Notes under the pieces: model-generated
Databases searched by the model: none
Told to the model about the DNA's origin: nothing
Seen by the model: the letters and a program-made list of their open reading frames with translations, nothing else
Position numbers and translations under genes: made by a program
Shown here: positions 1 through 13,720 of the stretch, piece after piece
How the letters are laid out: each line of letters begins with the position of its first letter
Numbering within the stretch: the stretch's first letter is position 1
Origin: Anaeramoeba ignava BMAN
Taxonomy: Eukaryota > Protista > Anaeramoebae
Assembly: GCA_028826165.1 (NCBI GenBank)
Contig: JAPDFW010000121.1
Span: 103,234-167,233 of the forward strand
Reading direction: 5' to 3'
Length of the DNA stretch: 64,000 nucleotides

Positions 1-662
1 CATCCAAATAATTCTTGATTTGAATTTAAAAGAAAAACATGATCTGAAGAATTTCCTGAAAATATTTTAGAAACATTTTTCATCATTAAAATTGGTTTTT
101 GTGTTTTTGGAAATGTTTTAGAATCAAAACCAAGTTGACTATATTCATTTGAACCAATTCCATAAACATTTTGATTTGAAGTTAATAAATAAATCGAATT
201 AGCTCCAGAAACAACATCTTCAATTATTCTATCATTTTTATCTTCAATTAATGATGAAATATTGATAAATTCTTTTGGATTATTTGAATTAATATCGTAT
301 CCTTTTGCAAATACATTTCCTTCTATTGTTAAAATAGCTTCATTTCCCCAACCAACAGTTACTTTTTGAATATTTTCTTCAATTTGGATTTTTTTAGGTT
401 TTTGATTTGAATATTCTTCATTTAAATATTCTATTGCTTTTCCATTTTTAAAAAGGAAAATTGTTGAAAAACCTCCTGATGAAATTTGTTTAATTTGTTT
501 TTCATTTTCATTTTCATTTTCATTTTCATTTTCATTTTCATTTTCATTTTCATTTTCATTTTCATTTTCAAATTTAAATTGAATTGGTTTTGTTATTTTA
601 TCTGGTTTATTTTTGATAAGAATTGGATATTCATTTAAACCAAAAAATAAACAATCATTCAT
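1..662 (-). CDS. RCC1-repeat + BTB family protein, 5' part (truncated by window start)
   Basis: ATG at 662 reads MNDCLFFGLNEYPILIKNKPDKITKPIQFKF(EN)n-KQIKQISSGGFSTIFLF...; 1-480 is nearly identical to 2165-2640 of the neighbouring paralog. Confidence 0.9.
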   Translation of the reverse strand, partial: MNDCLFFGLNEYPILIKNKPDKITKPIQFKFENENENENENENENENENENENEKQIKQISSGGFSTIFLFKNGKAIEYLNEEYSNQKPKKIQIEENIQKVTVGWGNEAILTIEGNVFAKGYDINSNNPKEFINISSLIEDKNDRIIEDVVSGANSIYLLTSNQNVYGIGSNEYSQLGFDSKTFPKTQKPILMMKNVSKIFSGNSSDHVFLLNSNQELFG

Positions 663-699
663 TTTTGAAAAGAAAAAAATGAAAAAAATGAAAATGAAT

Positions 700-941
700 T
701 TTAATTTTAATTTTGATTTTAATTTTAATTTTGATTTTTGATTTTAATTTTAATTTTAATTTTAATTTTAATTTTAATTTTAATTTTAATTTTAATTTGA
801 ATTTGAATTTTAATTTTGATTTTGATTTTAATTTTGATTTTAATTTTAATTTTAATTTTAATTTTGATTTTAATTTTAATTTTAATTTTGATTTTAATTT
901 TAATTTTAATTTTAATTTTGATTTTAATTTTAATTTTAATT
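700..941. repeat. (TTTTAA/TTTTGA)n hexamer microsatellite forming the 3' tail of the 942-2777 gene
   Basis: Directly visible; begins at the stop codon of the minus-strand gene. Confidence 0.95.
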
Positions 942-2777
942 TTAATTTTGATTATTAAATTTTTTAATTAATAAATCAATTAAATTTGGATTTGTTTGAT
1001 TTAATTGAAAATAATCAATTCCTCTTTCTAATTCTTGAATAATTTCTTGTGTAATTTGAATTTCTTCTTTAATTTGATTTGAATAAATCCAATATTCAAA
1101 TATTTGAAATGATTTATTACTTAATTCACTATAATCTGTAACTTTATTAGATTTATCATTTGTAACAGATAAAAACATTCCTCGATATAATTCACTTCTC
1201 ATTATTAATATTAATTTAGGAAATTTATATTGTTTTTCTTTTCTTTCAATAATAAAATCTTTTTCATTTTCATTTTCATTTTCATTTAAATAAATTCTTT
1301 TCATTGTTTCTTCAATTTTTTCATTTGAATTTATAATTTCTTTAATTTCAGAATATAAATTTGGATTTATTATGGAATTGTTTGAATAAATCATTTCAAA
1401 TATTTGATTTGATTCTTTAATTGATTTATTTGAAATAATTTCTTGAAGTTTTTCAATTTGATTTTGATTTTGATTTAATCTATATTTCAATATTAATTTA
1501 TGAGCTTTGATTATTTCTCCATTTTCGGTTTTAAATGAAATATCACAAAATTCTTTTCTTCTAAATAATTTTATCAAATCTTCTTCAAGATTGGAAAAAG
1601 AAGGATAAGAATAATAAAGAAATGATCTGTTATATCCACAAGAAATATGATAATTGGAAATATTTTCATTAAATCTTAATTTAGGAAGTTCAATTTGAGT
1701 TGGAATTGATTGTTTATATGTATCTCCAATTCCTAATTGACCATAATTATTACGTCCAAATCCAATTAGTTTCCCTTTGGAAGTTAAAATCAAATTATGA
1801 AAGCATCCAACAGAAAAATCAAGAATATTATCATTTTCAAATAAAGATGATTTGATTTCAGTAAATTCATAAGTAGTTTCTTTTTTGCCAAGTCCATTAA
1901 ATTCAGAATTTCCACATGAATAAAGTTTTCTTTTTTCATTTTCATTTTCATTTTCATTTTCTTTTTCTTTTTCTTTTTCTTTTTCTTTTTCTTTTTCATT
2001 TTCATTTTCATTTTCATTTTCAATCATCATTATCGAATGTGCAATTCCACATTGAATATCAATTATTTTGCCTTTTGGAATATTTTGGATTTTGGTTAAT
2101 TTTTGGATTGTTTCTTCTTTTCTTAATTCTCCTAATCCAAGTTGACCATCACTATTTAATCCGCATCCAAATAATTCTTGATTTGAATTTAAAAGAAAAA
2201 CATGATCTGAAGAATTTCCTGAAAATATTTTAGAAACATTTTTCATCATTAAAATTGGTTTTTGTGTTTTTGGAAATGTTTTAGAATCAAAACCAAGTTG
2301 ACTATATTCATTTGAACCAATTCCATAAACATTTTGATTTGAAGTTAATAAATAAATCGAATTAGCTCCAGAAACAACATCTTCAATTATTCTATCATTT
2401 TTATCTTCAATTAATGATGAAATATTGATAAATTCTTTTGGATTATTTGAATTAATATCGTATCCTTTTGCAAATACATTTCCTTCTATTGTTAAAATAG
2501 CTTCATTTCCCCAACCAACAGTTACTTTTTGAATACTTTTTTCAATTTGGATTTTTTTAGGTTTTTGATTTGAATTTTTTAAATATTCTATTGCTTTTCC
2601 ATTTTTAAAAAGGAAAATTGTTGAAAAACCTCCTGATGAAATTTGTTTAATTTCATTTTCATTTTCTTTTTCATTTTCATTTTCAAATTTAAATTGAATT
2701 GGTTTTGTTATTTTATCTGGTTTATTTTTGATAAGAATTGGATATTCATTTAAACCAAAAAATATAATTTCATTCAT
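942..2777 (-). CDS. RCC1-like beta-propeller + tandem BTB-like domain protein (putative Cullin3 substrate adaptor)
   Basis: Intact 611-aa ORF; RCC1 motifs (GxNxxGQLGLG, CGxxHS, FGRNNYGQLGIG); C-terminal FCDISF...IKAHKLILKYR and KDFII...FPKLILIMRSELYRGMF are BTB-type. Confidence 0.9.
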   Translation of the reverse strand: MNEIIFFGLNEYPILIKNKPDKITKPIQFKFENENEKENENEIKQISSGGFSTIFLFKNGKAIEYLKNSNQKPKKIQIEKSIQKVTVGWGNEAILTIEGNVFAKGYDINSNNPKEFINISSLIEDKNDRIIEDVVSGANSIYLLTSNQNVYGIGSNEYSQLGFDSKTFPKTQKPILMMKNVSKIFSGNSSDHVFLLNSNQELFGCGLNSDGQLGLGELRKEETIQKLTKIQNIPKGKIIDIQCGIAHSIMMIENENENENEKEKEKEKEKEKENENENENEKRKLYSCGNSEFNGLGKKETTYEFTEIKSSLFENDNILDFSVGCFHNLILTSKGKLIGFGRNNYGQLGIGDTYKQSIPTQIELPKLRFNENISNYHISCGYNRSFLYYSYPSFSNLEEDLIKLFRRKEFCDISFKTENGEIIKAHKLILKYRLNQNQNQIEKLQEIISNKSIKESNQIFEMIYSNNSIINPNLYSEIKEIINSNEKIEETMKRIYLNENENENEKDFIIERKEKQYKFPKLILIMRSELYRGMFLSVTNDKSNKVTDYSELSNKSFQIFEYWIYSNQIKEEIQITQEIIQELERGIDYFQLNQTNPNLIDLLIKKFNNQN

Positions 2778-2807
2778 TTTTGAAATGAAAAAAATGAAAA
2801 ATAAAAA

Positions 2808-3168
2808 ATGAATTTTAATTTTAAATTTAATTTTAATTTTAATTTTAATTTTAATTTTAATTTTAATTTTAATTTTAATTTTAATTTTAATTTTAATTTT
2901 AATTTTAATTTTAATTTTAATTTTAATTTTAATTTTAATTTTAAATTTAATTTTAATTTGAATTTGAATTTTAATTTTAATTTTAATTTTAATTTTAATT
3001 TTAATTTTAATTTTAATTTTAATTTTAATTTTGATTTTAATTTTGATTTTGATTTTAATTTTGATTTTAATTTTGATTTTAAATTTAATTTTAATTTTAA
3101 TTTTGATTTTAATTTTAACTTTAATTTTAATTTTGATTTTAATTTTGATTTTAATTTTAATTTTAATT
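2808..3168. repeat. (TTTTAA)n hexamer microsatellite forming the 3' tail of the 3169-4908 gene
   Basis: Directly visible. Confidence 0.95.
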
Positions 3169-4908
3169 TTAATTTTGATTATTAAATTTGTTAATTAATA
3201 AATCAATTAAATTTGGATTTGTTTGATTTAATTGAAAATAATCAATTCCAGTTTCTATTTCATCGATAATTTCTTTTGTAATTTCAATTTCATCTTTAAT
3301 TTGATTTGAATAAATCCAATATTCAAATATTTGAAATGATTTATTACTTAATTCACTATAATCTGTAACTTTATTAGATTTATCTTCAGTTACAGATAAA
3401 AACATTCCTCGATATAATTCACTTCTCATTATTAATATTAATTTAGGAAATTTATATTGTTTTTCTTTTCTTTCAATTATAAAATCTTTTTCATTTTCAT
3501 TTAAATAAATTCTTTTCATTGTTTCTTCAATTTTTTCATTTGAATTTATAATTTCTTTAATTTCAGAATATAATATTGGATTTATTTTGGAATTATTTGA
3601 ATAAATCATTTCAAATATTTGATTTGATTCTTTAATTGATTTTTTTGAAATAATTTCTTTAAGTTTTTCAATTTCATTTTGATTTTGATTTAATCTATAT
3701 TTCAATATTAATTTATGAGCTTCAATTATTTCTCCATTTTTGGTTTTAAATGAAATATTGCAAAATTCTTTTCTTTTAAATAATTTTATCAAATCTTCTT
3801 CAAGATTGGAAAGAGAAGGAGAATAATAAAGAAATGATTTGAAATATCCACAAGAAATATGATAATTGGAAATATTTTCATTAAATCTTAATTTAGGAAG
3901 TTTAATTTGAATTGGAACGAATTGTTGTTCTGTATTTTCAATTCCTAATTCACCAAAATAATTATCTCCAAATACTATCAATTTCCCTTTGTAAGTTAAA
4001 ATCAAAGTATGAACATTTCCACAAGAAAAATCAAGAATATTATCATTTTCAAATAAAGATAATTTAATTTCAGTAAATTCATAGGTATTTTCTTTTTTGC
4101 CAAGTCCATTATTTTTCCAATAGCCACATGAATAAAGTTTTCTTTTTAGATTTTCATTTTCATTTTGATCTTCAATCAACATTACTGAAAAATACATTGA
4201 GGATTGAATATCAATTATTTTGCCTTTTGGAATATTTTGGATTTTGGTTAATTTATCGATTTTTTGAATAGCTTTCATTCCTAATCCGAGTTGACCATAA
4301 TAATTCCAACCACATGTAAATAATTCTTGATTTGAATTTAAAAGAAAAACATGAAGTGAAATATTTCCTGAAAATATTTTAGAAACATTTTTCATCATTA
4401 AAATTGGTTTTTCTGTTTTTTCAAGTGTTTCAGAATCAAAACTAAGTTGACCAAATTGATTTGAACCAATTATATAAGCATTTTGATTTGAAGTTAATAA
4501 GTAAATTGTACTGTTACTTGAAACAATATCTTGAATTATTCTATCATTTTTATCTTCAATTAATGATGAAATATTGATAAATTCTTTTGGATTATCTGGA
4601 TTAATATCATCTCCTTTTGCAAATACATTTCCTTCTTTTGTTAAAATAACTTCATTTTGATAACCAACAGTTACTTTTTGAATATTTTCTTCAATTTGGA
4701 TTTTTTCAGGATTTTGTTTTGAATTTTTTAAATATTCTATTGCTTTTCCATTTTTAAAAAGGAAAATTGTTGCTAAATAACCTGATGAAATTTGTTTAAT
4801 TTGTTTTTCATTTTCAAATTTAAATTTAATTGGTTTTTTTATTTTATCTGGTTTATTTTTGAAAAGTTTTGGATTATTATTTGAACCAAAAAATATAATT
4901 TCATTCAT
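3169..4908 (-). CDS. RCC1 + BTB family protein
   Basis: Intact 579-aa ORF collinear with 942-2777. Confidence 0.9.
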   Translation of the reverse strand: MNEIIFFGSNNNPKLFKNKPDKIKKPIKFKFENEKQIKQISSGYLATIFLFKNGKAIEYLKNSKQNPEKIQIEENIQKVTVGYQNEVILTKEGNVFAKGDDINPDNPKEFINISSLIEDKNDRIIQDIVSSNSTIYLLTSNQNAYIIGSNQFGQLSFDSETLEKTEKPILMMKNVSKIFSGNISLHVFLLNSNQELFTCGWNYYGQLGLGMKAIQKIDKLTKIQNIPKGKIIDIQSSMYFSVMLIEDQNENENLKRKLYSCGYWKNNGLGKKENTYEFTEIKLSLFENDNILDFSCGNVHTLILTYKGKLIVFGDNYFGELGIENTEQQFVPIQIKLPKLRFNENISNYHISCGYFKSFLYYSPSLSNLEEDLIKLFKRKEFCNISFKTKNGEIIEAHKLILKYRLNQNQNEIEKLKEIISKKSIKESNQIFEMIYSNNSKINPILYSEIKEIINSNEKIEETMKRIYLNENEKDFIIERKEKQYKFPKLILIMRSELYRGMFLSVTEDKSNKVTDYSELSNKSFQIFEYWIYSNQIKDEIEITKEIIDEIETGIDYFQLNQTNPNLIDLLINKFNNQN

Positions 4909-4972
4909 TTTTTAAAAGAAAAAAATGAAAAAATAATTTTGAATTTTTAATTTTTAATTTTAATTTTAGTGA

Positions 4973-7877
4973 TTAAAAAAAATAATTCCAAAAATTTGCG
5001 CAAAATAAATGAAATGAATGATTTTCTTTATCAAAAAAAGAAGGAGTTTTTGGAAGAATTGGCAAACAACATAAACTGCAAATTTCATAATCAATATTGT
5101 TCTGAACTAATTGTTTGGCAACTACCCAATTGTTTATTGAAATTTGATCAATATTATCCTCATCTGGAATTTCATCTGGAATTACATTGTGTTCTTTTAA
5201 AATTGATTTGAATTGGAAAAATCTAGTTCGAAAACGGTTGATTAAATTTTGAATTGAAGATGATTCATAATTTCCATGATAAAATTTGTGAATATCATCA
5301 ACAACCTTAAAAAATTTGCATAAAACAAATAAATAAGAAATGTGTTTGCGAACTTTTTCTGATTCAAATACTAGTTTGAGTTGTTCTTCTGCGAAATTGG
5401 GAGATTCTTTTAAATCTGGTGAATTTATCAATTTATGGAAATTCTTCAGAAAAGTTTCTAATGTTTGAATAATTTTGAATTGAATTTTATTCCAAAATTG
5501 TTTTTTTTCGTTTCTTTCATATAAAAATTTTCCATAATAAATTGTTTTTTTGGATTTCTTGCTCTTTTCATTTTCATCTTCATTTTCATTTTCATTTTCA
5601 TTTTCATTTTCTTGAGTATTTTTAGAATTTATTTGATTTTCTTTTGATTTCTCAATCCTATAAATAAATAATTTTCGTTTTAAATGAAAAATTTGGTTTT
5701 GAATCTTTTCTGTTTGATTTTGGAAATTTTGTAATTTTTCACGAAGTTGAATTGCGATTTCGAGTTGGTCATTTTCTTTGGCTTCTTGATACTTGAGTTT
5801 CAAGAATCTCATTTGTTTTTGGATTTGAATAATTTTTTGGCATTGTTCAAATTCTTTTGAAAATGAAGGGATATTTTGTAATTCTTGAGCTAATTCAATT
5901 AGTGATAATTTTTTGATTTTTTCTTTTTCTATATTTTGATTTTCTAATTTATTTTGATTTTCTAATTTATTTTGATTTTCTAATTTATTTTGATTTTCTA
6001 ATTTATTTTGATTTTCTAATTTATTTTGATTTTGATTTTGAATTTGATTTTGAATTTGATTTTGAATTTGATTTTGAATTTGATTTATATTTTGATTTTG
6101 ATTTTCATTTTGATTTTGATTTTGATTTTCATTTTCATTATGGTTTTCATTTTGAATTTGATTTTGATTTTGGTTTTGGTTTTCATTTTCAATTTGATTT
6201 TGATTTTGATTTTGATTTTGATTTTGATTTTGATTTTGATTTTGAATTTGAATTTGATTTTTATTTTCATTTTCATTTTGATTTTGATTTTCAATTTGAT
6301 TTTGATTTTGATTTTGAATTTGAATTTGATTTTGATTTTGATTTTCTAATTGATTTTCATTTTCATTTTGATTTTCATTTTCATTATGGTTTTCATTTTG
6401 ATTTTCATTTTCAATTTGATTTTGATTTTGATTTTGATTTTGATTTTGATTTTGATTTTGATTTTGATTTTGATTTTGATTTTGATTTTGATTTATATTT
6501 TGATTTTCATTTTGATTTTGAATTTGAATTTGATTTTGATTTTGATTTTGATTTTGATTTTCATTTTCAATTTCGTGAGATTCAAAAAGTGATTCAACTA
6601 CTTCAATAGATTTCCAATCAAAAGGTTCATTTGCTTTTTTAAATTTTGTTTTTTTAAAATTTTTTTCTTCTAAATTATTTTCAATTTCAAAAGAATTTTC
6701 AATTTTATTTTGATTTTGAAATTCATTTTGATTTTGATTTTCTAATTGATTTTTATTTTTATTTTGGTTTTCATTTTGAATTTGATTTTGATTTTCTAAT
6801 TGATTTTCATTTTCATTTTGATTTTCATTTTGATTTTGATTTTCAATTTGATTTTGATTTTGATTTTCAATTTGATTTTGATTTTGATTTTGATTTTGAT
6901 TTTGATTTGATTTTGATTTTGATTTTGATTTTGATTTTGATTTTGATTTTCATTTTGATTTTGATTTTTTGATTTTGATTTTGATTTTCATTTTGATTTT
7001 GATTTTGATTTTTATTTTGATTTTTATTTTGATTTTTATTTTGATTTTCAATTTGAATTTGATTTTGATTTTCATTTTGATTTTGATTTTTATTTTGATT
7101 TTTATTTTCAATTTGATTTTGATTTTGATTTTGATTTTGATTTTGATTTTCTAATTTATTTTGATTTTTATTTTGATTTTCAATTTGATTTTGATTTTGA
7201 TTTTCTAATTGATTTTCATTTTCATTTTGATTTTCATTTTCATTATGGTTTTCATTTTGAATTTGAATTTGATTTTGATTTTGATTTTGATTTTGATTTT
7301 GATTTTGATTTTGATTTTGATTTTCAATTTGATTTTGATTTTTATTTTCATTTTCTAATTGAATTTGAATTTGATTTTCAATTTCGTGAGATTCAAAAAG
7401 TGATTCAACTACTTCAATAGATTTCCAATCAAAAGGTTCATTTGCTTTTTTAAATTTTGTTTTTTTAAAATTTTTTTCTTCTGAACTATTTTCAATTTCA
7501 AAAGAATTTTCAATTTGATTTTCTTCATTCTCAGGAGCTGATACAAAATCTGAGAAAGAAATGCTTTGAATTTGAGAGAAATTGCCAAATGGTTGAAGGT
7601 TTGTTGACTGAACAAATGAATTAAATTGCATTAAAGGATTTTGATTTATAAATTGATTTTGATTTGTATTTATAAATTGGTTTTGATTTTGATTTATAAA
7701 TTGATTTTGGTTTTGATTTATAAATTGATTTTGGTTTTGGTTTGGATTTATAAATTGATTTTGATTTTGATTTTGATTTTGATTTTGATTTTGGTTTTGG
7801 TTTTGATTTATAAATTGATTTTGATTTATAAATTGATTTTGAATTTGATTTTGATTTTGATTTTGAATTGGATTCAT
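4973..7877 (-). CDS. Synergin-gamma-like AP-1/clathrin accessory protein with long QN/EN low-complexity tracts (frame broken inside the repeats)
   Basis: C-terminal CSLCCLP...HSFHLFCANFWNY matches the synergin-gamma C-terminal CxxC...HxxCANFWxN motif; N-terminal PFGNF/SFSDF resemble gamma-adaptin-ear binding motifs; coding sequence continues upstream of 5812 (LSLIELAQELQNIPSFSKEFEQCQKIIQIQKQMRF). Joining the 6867-7877 and 4973-5812 ORFs is inferred. Confidence 0.65.
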
Positions 7878-8080
7878 TTGTTAAAGAAAAAAAATGAAAA
7901 AATGAAAAAATGAAAAAATATTTTTTCCGATTTCTTTAAATTTATTTTTTTTCGTTATTTCAAGATTAAAAATGAATGCTTTTAAAAATCAAAAATCAAA
8001 AACTCAAAAACCGAAATTAAAAGAAAAATGAAGAAAGAAAATGAAAGAAAAAAAAAAAGAAAAATCATTTTTAAAGAAGA

Positions 8081-9295
<1,215 letters not shown>

Positions 9296-9589
9296 TGAAT
9301 TTTTTATTTTTTTGAGTTTTATTTGTGTTAAAATTAAAATTTGGGAAAATAAAAAAAAGGAAAAAAATGAAAAATAAAAAATTAAAAAAAATAATTTTAA
9401 AAATAAAAAGAAGACAAGATCAAAAAATATCAAAATTTTAAAACTTAATTAAATAATTAATTAAATAATTTATTAGATCTTTTTTTTTGGAATGAATTTT
9501 ATTAAAGATTTCCTTAATATTTCCTTTTTAATTTCTTTTATTTCCATTATTAAAATTTTTTTTACTTAAAAAATAGATAATTTTTTCTT

Positions 9590-11765
9590 TTATTAATTTT
9601 TTATTAATTTTTTTAATTATATTAAATTAATATTTATAAATAAATTTATTTAGAATTAGATTTAAAAATAATTTATAAATTAATATTAATTAAAAATAAT
9701 ATAAAATAAAGAAATAAATTTATTTAAATTATTTATTAATTTTTTATTAATTTTTTTAATTATATTTAATTAATATTTATAAATAAATTTATTTAGAATT
9801 AGATTTAAAAATAATTTATAAATAAATATTAATTAATAATAATATAAAATAAAGAAATAAATTTATTTAAATTATTTATTAATTTTTTTATTAATTTTTT
9901 TAATTATATTTAATTAATATTTATTAATAAATTTATTTAGAATTAGATTTATAAATAATTTATAAATAGATATTAATATAAAATAATATAAAATAAAAGA
10001 AATAAATTTATTAAAATTTTTTATTAATTTTTTTATTAATTTTTTTAATTATATTTAATTAATATTTATAAATAAATTTATTTAGAATTAGATTTAAAAA
10101 TAATTTATAAATAGATAATAGTATAAAATAATATAAAAATAAAGAAATAAATTTATTTAAATTATTTATTCATTTTTTTATTAATTTTTTTAATTATATT
10201 TAATTAATATTTATAAATAAATTTATTTAGAATTAGATTTAAAAATAATTTATAAATTAATATTAATATAAAATAATATAAAATAAAGAAATAAATTTAT
10301 TAAAATTTTTATTAATTTTTATTAATTTTTTAATTATATTTAATTATTATTTATAAATAAATTTATTTAGAATTAGATTTAAAAATAATTTATAAATAAA
10401 TATTAATTAAAAATAATATAAAATAAAAGAAATAAATTTATTTAAAATTTTTATTAATTTTTTATTAATTTTTTCAATTATATTTAATTAATATTTATTA
10501 ATAAATTTATTTAGAATTAGATTTAAAAATAATTTAGAAATAAATAATAATATAAAATAATATAAAATAAAGAAATAAATTTATTTAAATTATTTATTAA
10601 TTTTTTATTAATTTTTTTAATTATATTTAATTAATATTTATTAATAAATTTATTTAGAATTAGATTTAAAAATAAATTTATAAATAAATATTAATATAAA
10701 ATAATATAAAATAAAGAAATAAATTTAATAAAATTTTTATTAATTTTTTATTAATTTTTTCAATTATATTTAATTAATATTTATTAATAAATTTATTTAG
10801 AATTAGATTTAAAAATAATTTATAAATAGATAATAATAAAAATAATATAAAATAAAAGAAATAAATTTATTTAAATTTTTTATTAATTTTTTATTAATTT
10901 TTTTAATTATATTTAATTAATATTTATTAATAAATTTATTTAGAATTAGATTTGAAAATAAATTATAAATAGATATTAATTAAAAATAATATAAAATAAA
11001 AGAAATAAATTTATTTAAAATTATTTTATTAATTTTTTATTAATTTTTTTAATTATATTTAATTAATAGTTATTAAATAAATTTATTTAGAATTAGATTT
11101 AAAAATAATTTATAAATAGATAATAATATAAAAATAATATAAAATAAAAGAAATAAATTTTATTTAAATTATTTATTAATTTTTTATTAATTTTTTTTAA
11201 TTATATTTAATTAATATTTATTAATAAATTTATTTAAATTAATTTTAAAAATAATAAATAAATTAGATATTAATATAAAATAATAAATAAAATAAAAGAA
11301 ATAAATTTATTTAAATTATTTATTAATTTTTTATTAATTTTTTTAATTATATTTAATTAATATTTATTAATAAATTTATTTAGAATTAGATTTAAAAATA
11401 ATTTATAAATAAATATTAATTAAAAATAATATAAAAATAAAGAAATAAATTTATTTAAATTTTTATTAATTTTTTATTAATTTTTTTAATTATATTTAAT
11501 TAATATTTATTAATAAATTTATTTAAAATTAGATTTAAAAATAATTTATAAATAAATATTAATATAAAATAATATAAAATAAAGAAATAAATTTATTTAA
11601 ATTATTTATTAATTTTTTATTAATTTTTTTAATTATATTTAATTAATATTTATTAATAAATTTATTTAGAATTAGATTTAAAAATAATTTATAAATAAAT
11701 ATTAATTAAAATAATATAAAATAAAGAAATAAATTTATTTAAATTTTTTATTAATTTTTATTAAA
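9590..11765. repeat. AT-rich tandem array 1, ~144-bp unit, ~15 copies
   Basis: Landmark TTTAGAATTAGATTT recurs at ~9653, 9796, 9940, 10085, 10230, 10370, 10514, 10657, 10800, 10943, 11090, 11383 and 11669. Confidence 0.95.
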
Positions 11766-11874
11766 AATTTTGAATTAAAGAATAGGAAAATAATTTATTT
11801 CACATTCTTACAAATTATTTTGGAAAATGATTTAAAAATTAAAAATTAAAATTGTTTCTGAATGCAAGTAATAA

Positions 11875-13352
11875 TTAATTTGAATCCAATTCATTCAATT
11901 CACTTTCTGATTCAGTAAAATCTTCTAAATCAGTAATTTTTGATTTTGATTTTGATTTTGATTTTGATTTTGATTTTGATTTTGAAATATAATTTGCATC
12001 AAGAAATTCATCTTCATCAAGTAAAGTATCATTAATTGTTGTTTGATCAAAGTTTTTTTTAGACCATTTTCTTTTTAAAGAAGAAATAATTTGATGTCTT
12101 ATTGATTTTACAAAAACAATAAAAATGAGAAAATCCCAAATTCCTTGACTTGGAACAAGAAAAGCTTGAAGAACATCAAGTGTTGTTGAATGTGATACAT
12201 CAGGTTTAATTAATTCTCTGAATCTTTTTACTGTTGATGGAATTGCTATTACTAAATAAACTAATGGAATTAATGTCATTCTTAATTGTACTTTCAGTTT
12301 TTCTTTTTTTCGTCTTTTATCTGAATCTCTTGCTAAATTGGATACTGATTTATATACTTTTCTTATCTTATAAAGACAGAAAATGTAAATTATTAATAAT
12401 ATAACAAGGAAAAACCACCAAATTGAATAAACTGTCCACATTAGATGTGATTCATTTGTATAACACCTTTTTTATTTTAATTTTGATTTTAATTTTAATT
12501 TTAATTTTAATTTTGATTTTGATTTTGATTTTGATTTTAATTTTGATTTTGAATTTAAATTTTGATTTTGATTTTGATTTTGATTTTAATTTTGATTTTA
12601 ATTTTCATTTTGATTTTGATTTTGAATTTGAATTTGATTTTGATTTTGATTTTAATTTTAATTTTAATTTTAATTTTGAATTTGAATTTTGATTTTGATT
12701 TTGATTTTAATTTTAATTTTGATTTTAATTTTGATTTTGATTTTGATTTTGATTTTAATTTTGATTTTGATTTTGATTTTGATTTTGATTTTGATTTTTA
12801 ATTTTGATTTTAATTTTAATTTTGATTTTAATTTTGATTTTAATTTTGATTTTAATTTTAATTTTGATTTTGATTTTGATTTTGATTTTGATTTTAATTT
12901 TAATTTTGATAAAGAAATGAAATAAAAATATACCAATAAGCTCCACCTTTTTTAGGAGAAGCAAAAACAATCCAAATAACACATAAAACAGCAGATAAAA
13001 AAACAGTAAAAACATGGAGTCTTTTTTGTAAATAATTACAAAAAGAATCACGAGTATTAAAAACAATTTTCAAAAAAGTAATAAAAGAAACAGAAGCAGT
13101 CCAAGAAGGAGTAGCACCCAACATAACGCTTATCCAAACAACTTGCACTGAGCAGAGATTATCATTTGAGGGTCCTGGCAATGAAAAAGAAAAGGATAAA
13201 AGAAAATCATATATTGATAAAATAAAGATTAATTTTCGAAATAAATTTCTTAATGATGGATAAGCTATATGTGTTGCCATAATTCCTATTGACCCCATCA
13301 TGCTAAGAATTCCACTTGTTATTGTTAATCCTGCTAATAATCTATAACTCAT
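11875..13352 (-). CDS. 7TM G-protein-coupled receptor, cAMP-receptor-like/GCR1/Git3 type (2 exons)
   Basis: Exon 1 13352-12934, intron 12933-12467 (hexamer repeat), exon 2 12466-11875. Seven hydrophobic segments; motifs LSMMGSIGI, RKLIFILSIYD, LCSVQ, YWCY, IPLVYLVIAIPSTVKR, PSQGIWDFLIF. Confidence 0.85.
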
Positions 13353-13720
13353 TTTTTTTTTGTTTTTTAATAAGATCAAATAATTATTTTAAAAAAAAAG
13401 GAAAAGAAAAAAATAAATTAATTTTTTTTTTTTTGCTTTTTTTTCTTTCTTTTTGAAATCTTTTATTTTTTTTTATTTTCAAAAAAGATCAAAAAATAGA
13501 ACAAAAAAACATTATTACATTGAACAAAAATTTTGAATTTTGATTTTAATTTTGATTTTGATTTTAATTTTGATTTTGATTTTGATTTTGATATTGGATT
13601 TGGATTTTGATTTTGATTTTGGATTTTGATTTTAATTTTAATTTTGATTTTAATTTTGATTTTAATTTTGATTTTGAGTTTGATTTTAATTTTGATTTTG
13701 ATTTTGATTTTGATTTTTAG

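Noticed and set aside
2808-3168. Telomeric repeats
   Set aside because: The repeats are interstitial, degenerate and lack G-rich telomere motifs.
9590-11765. CRISPR array interpretation of the ~144-bp arrays (also the 41350-41495 repeats)
   Set aside because: Whole units repeat without unique spacers, there are no cas genes, and the context is eukaryotic.
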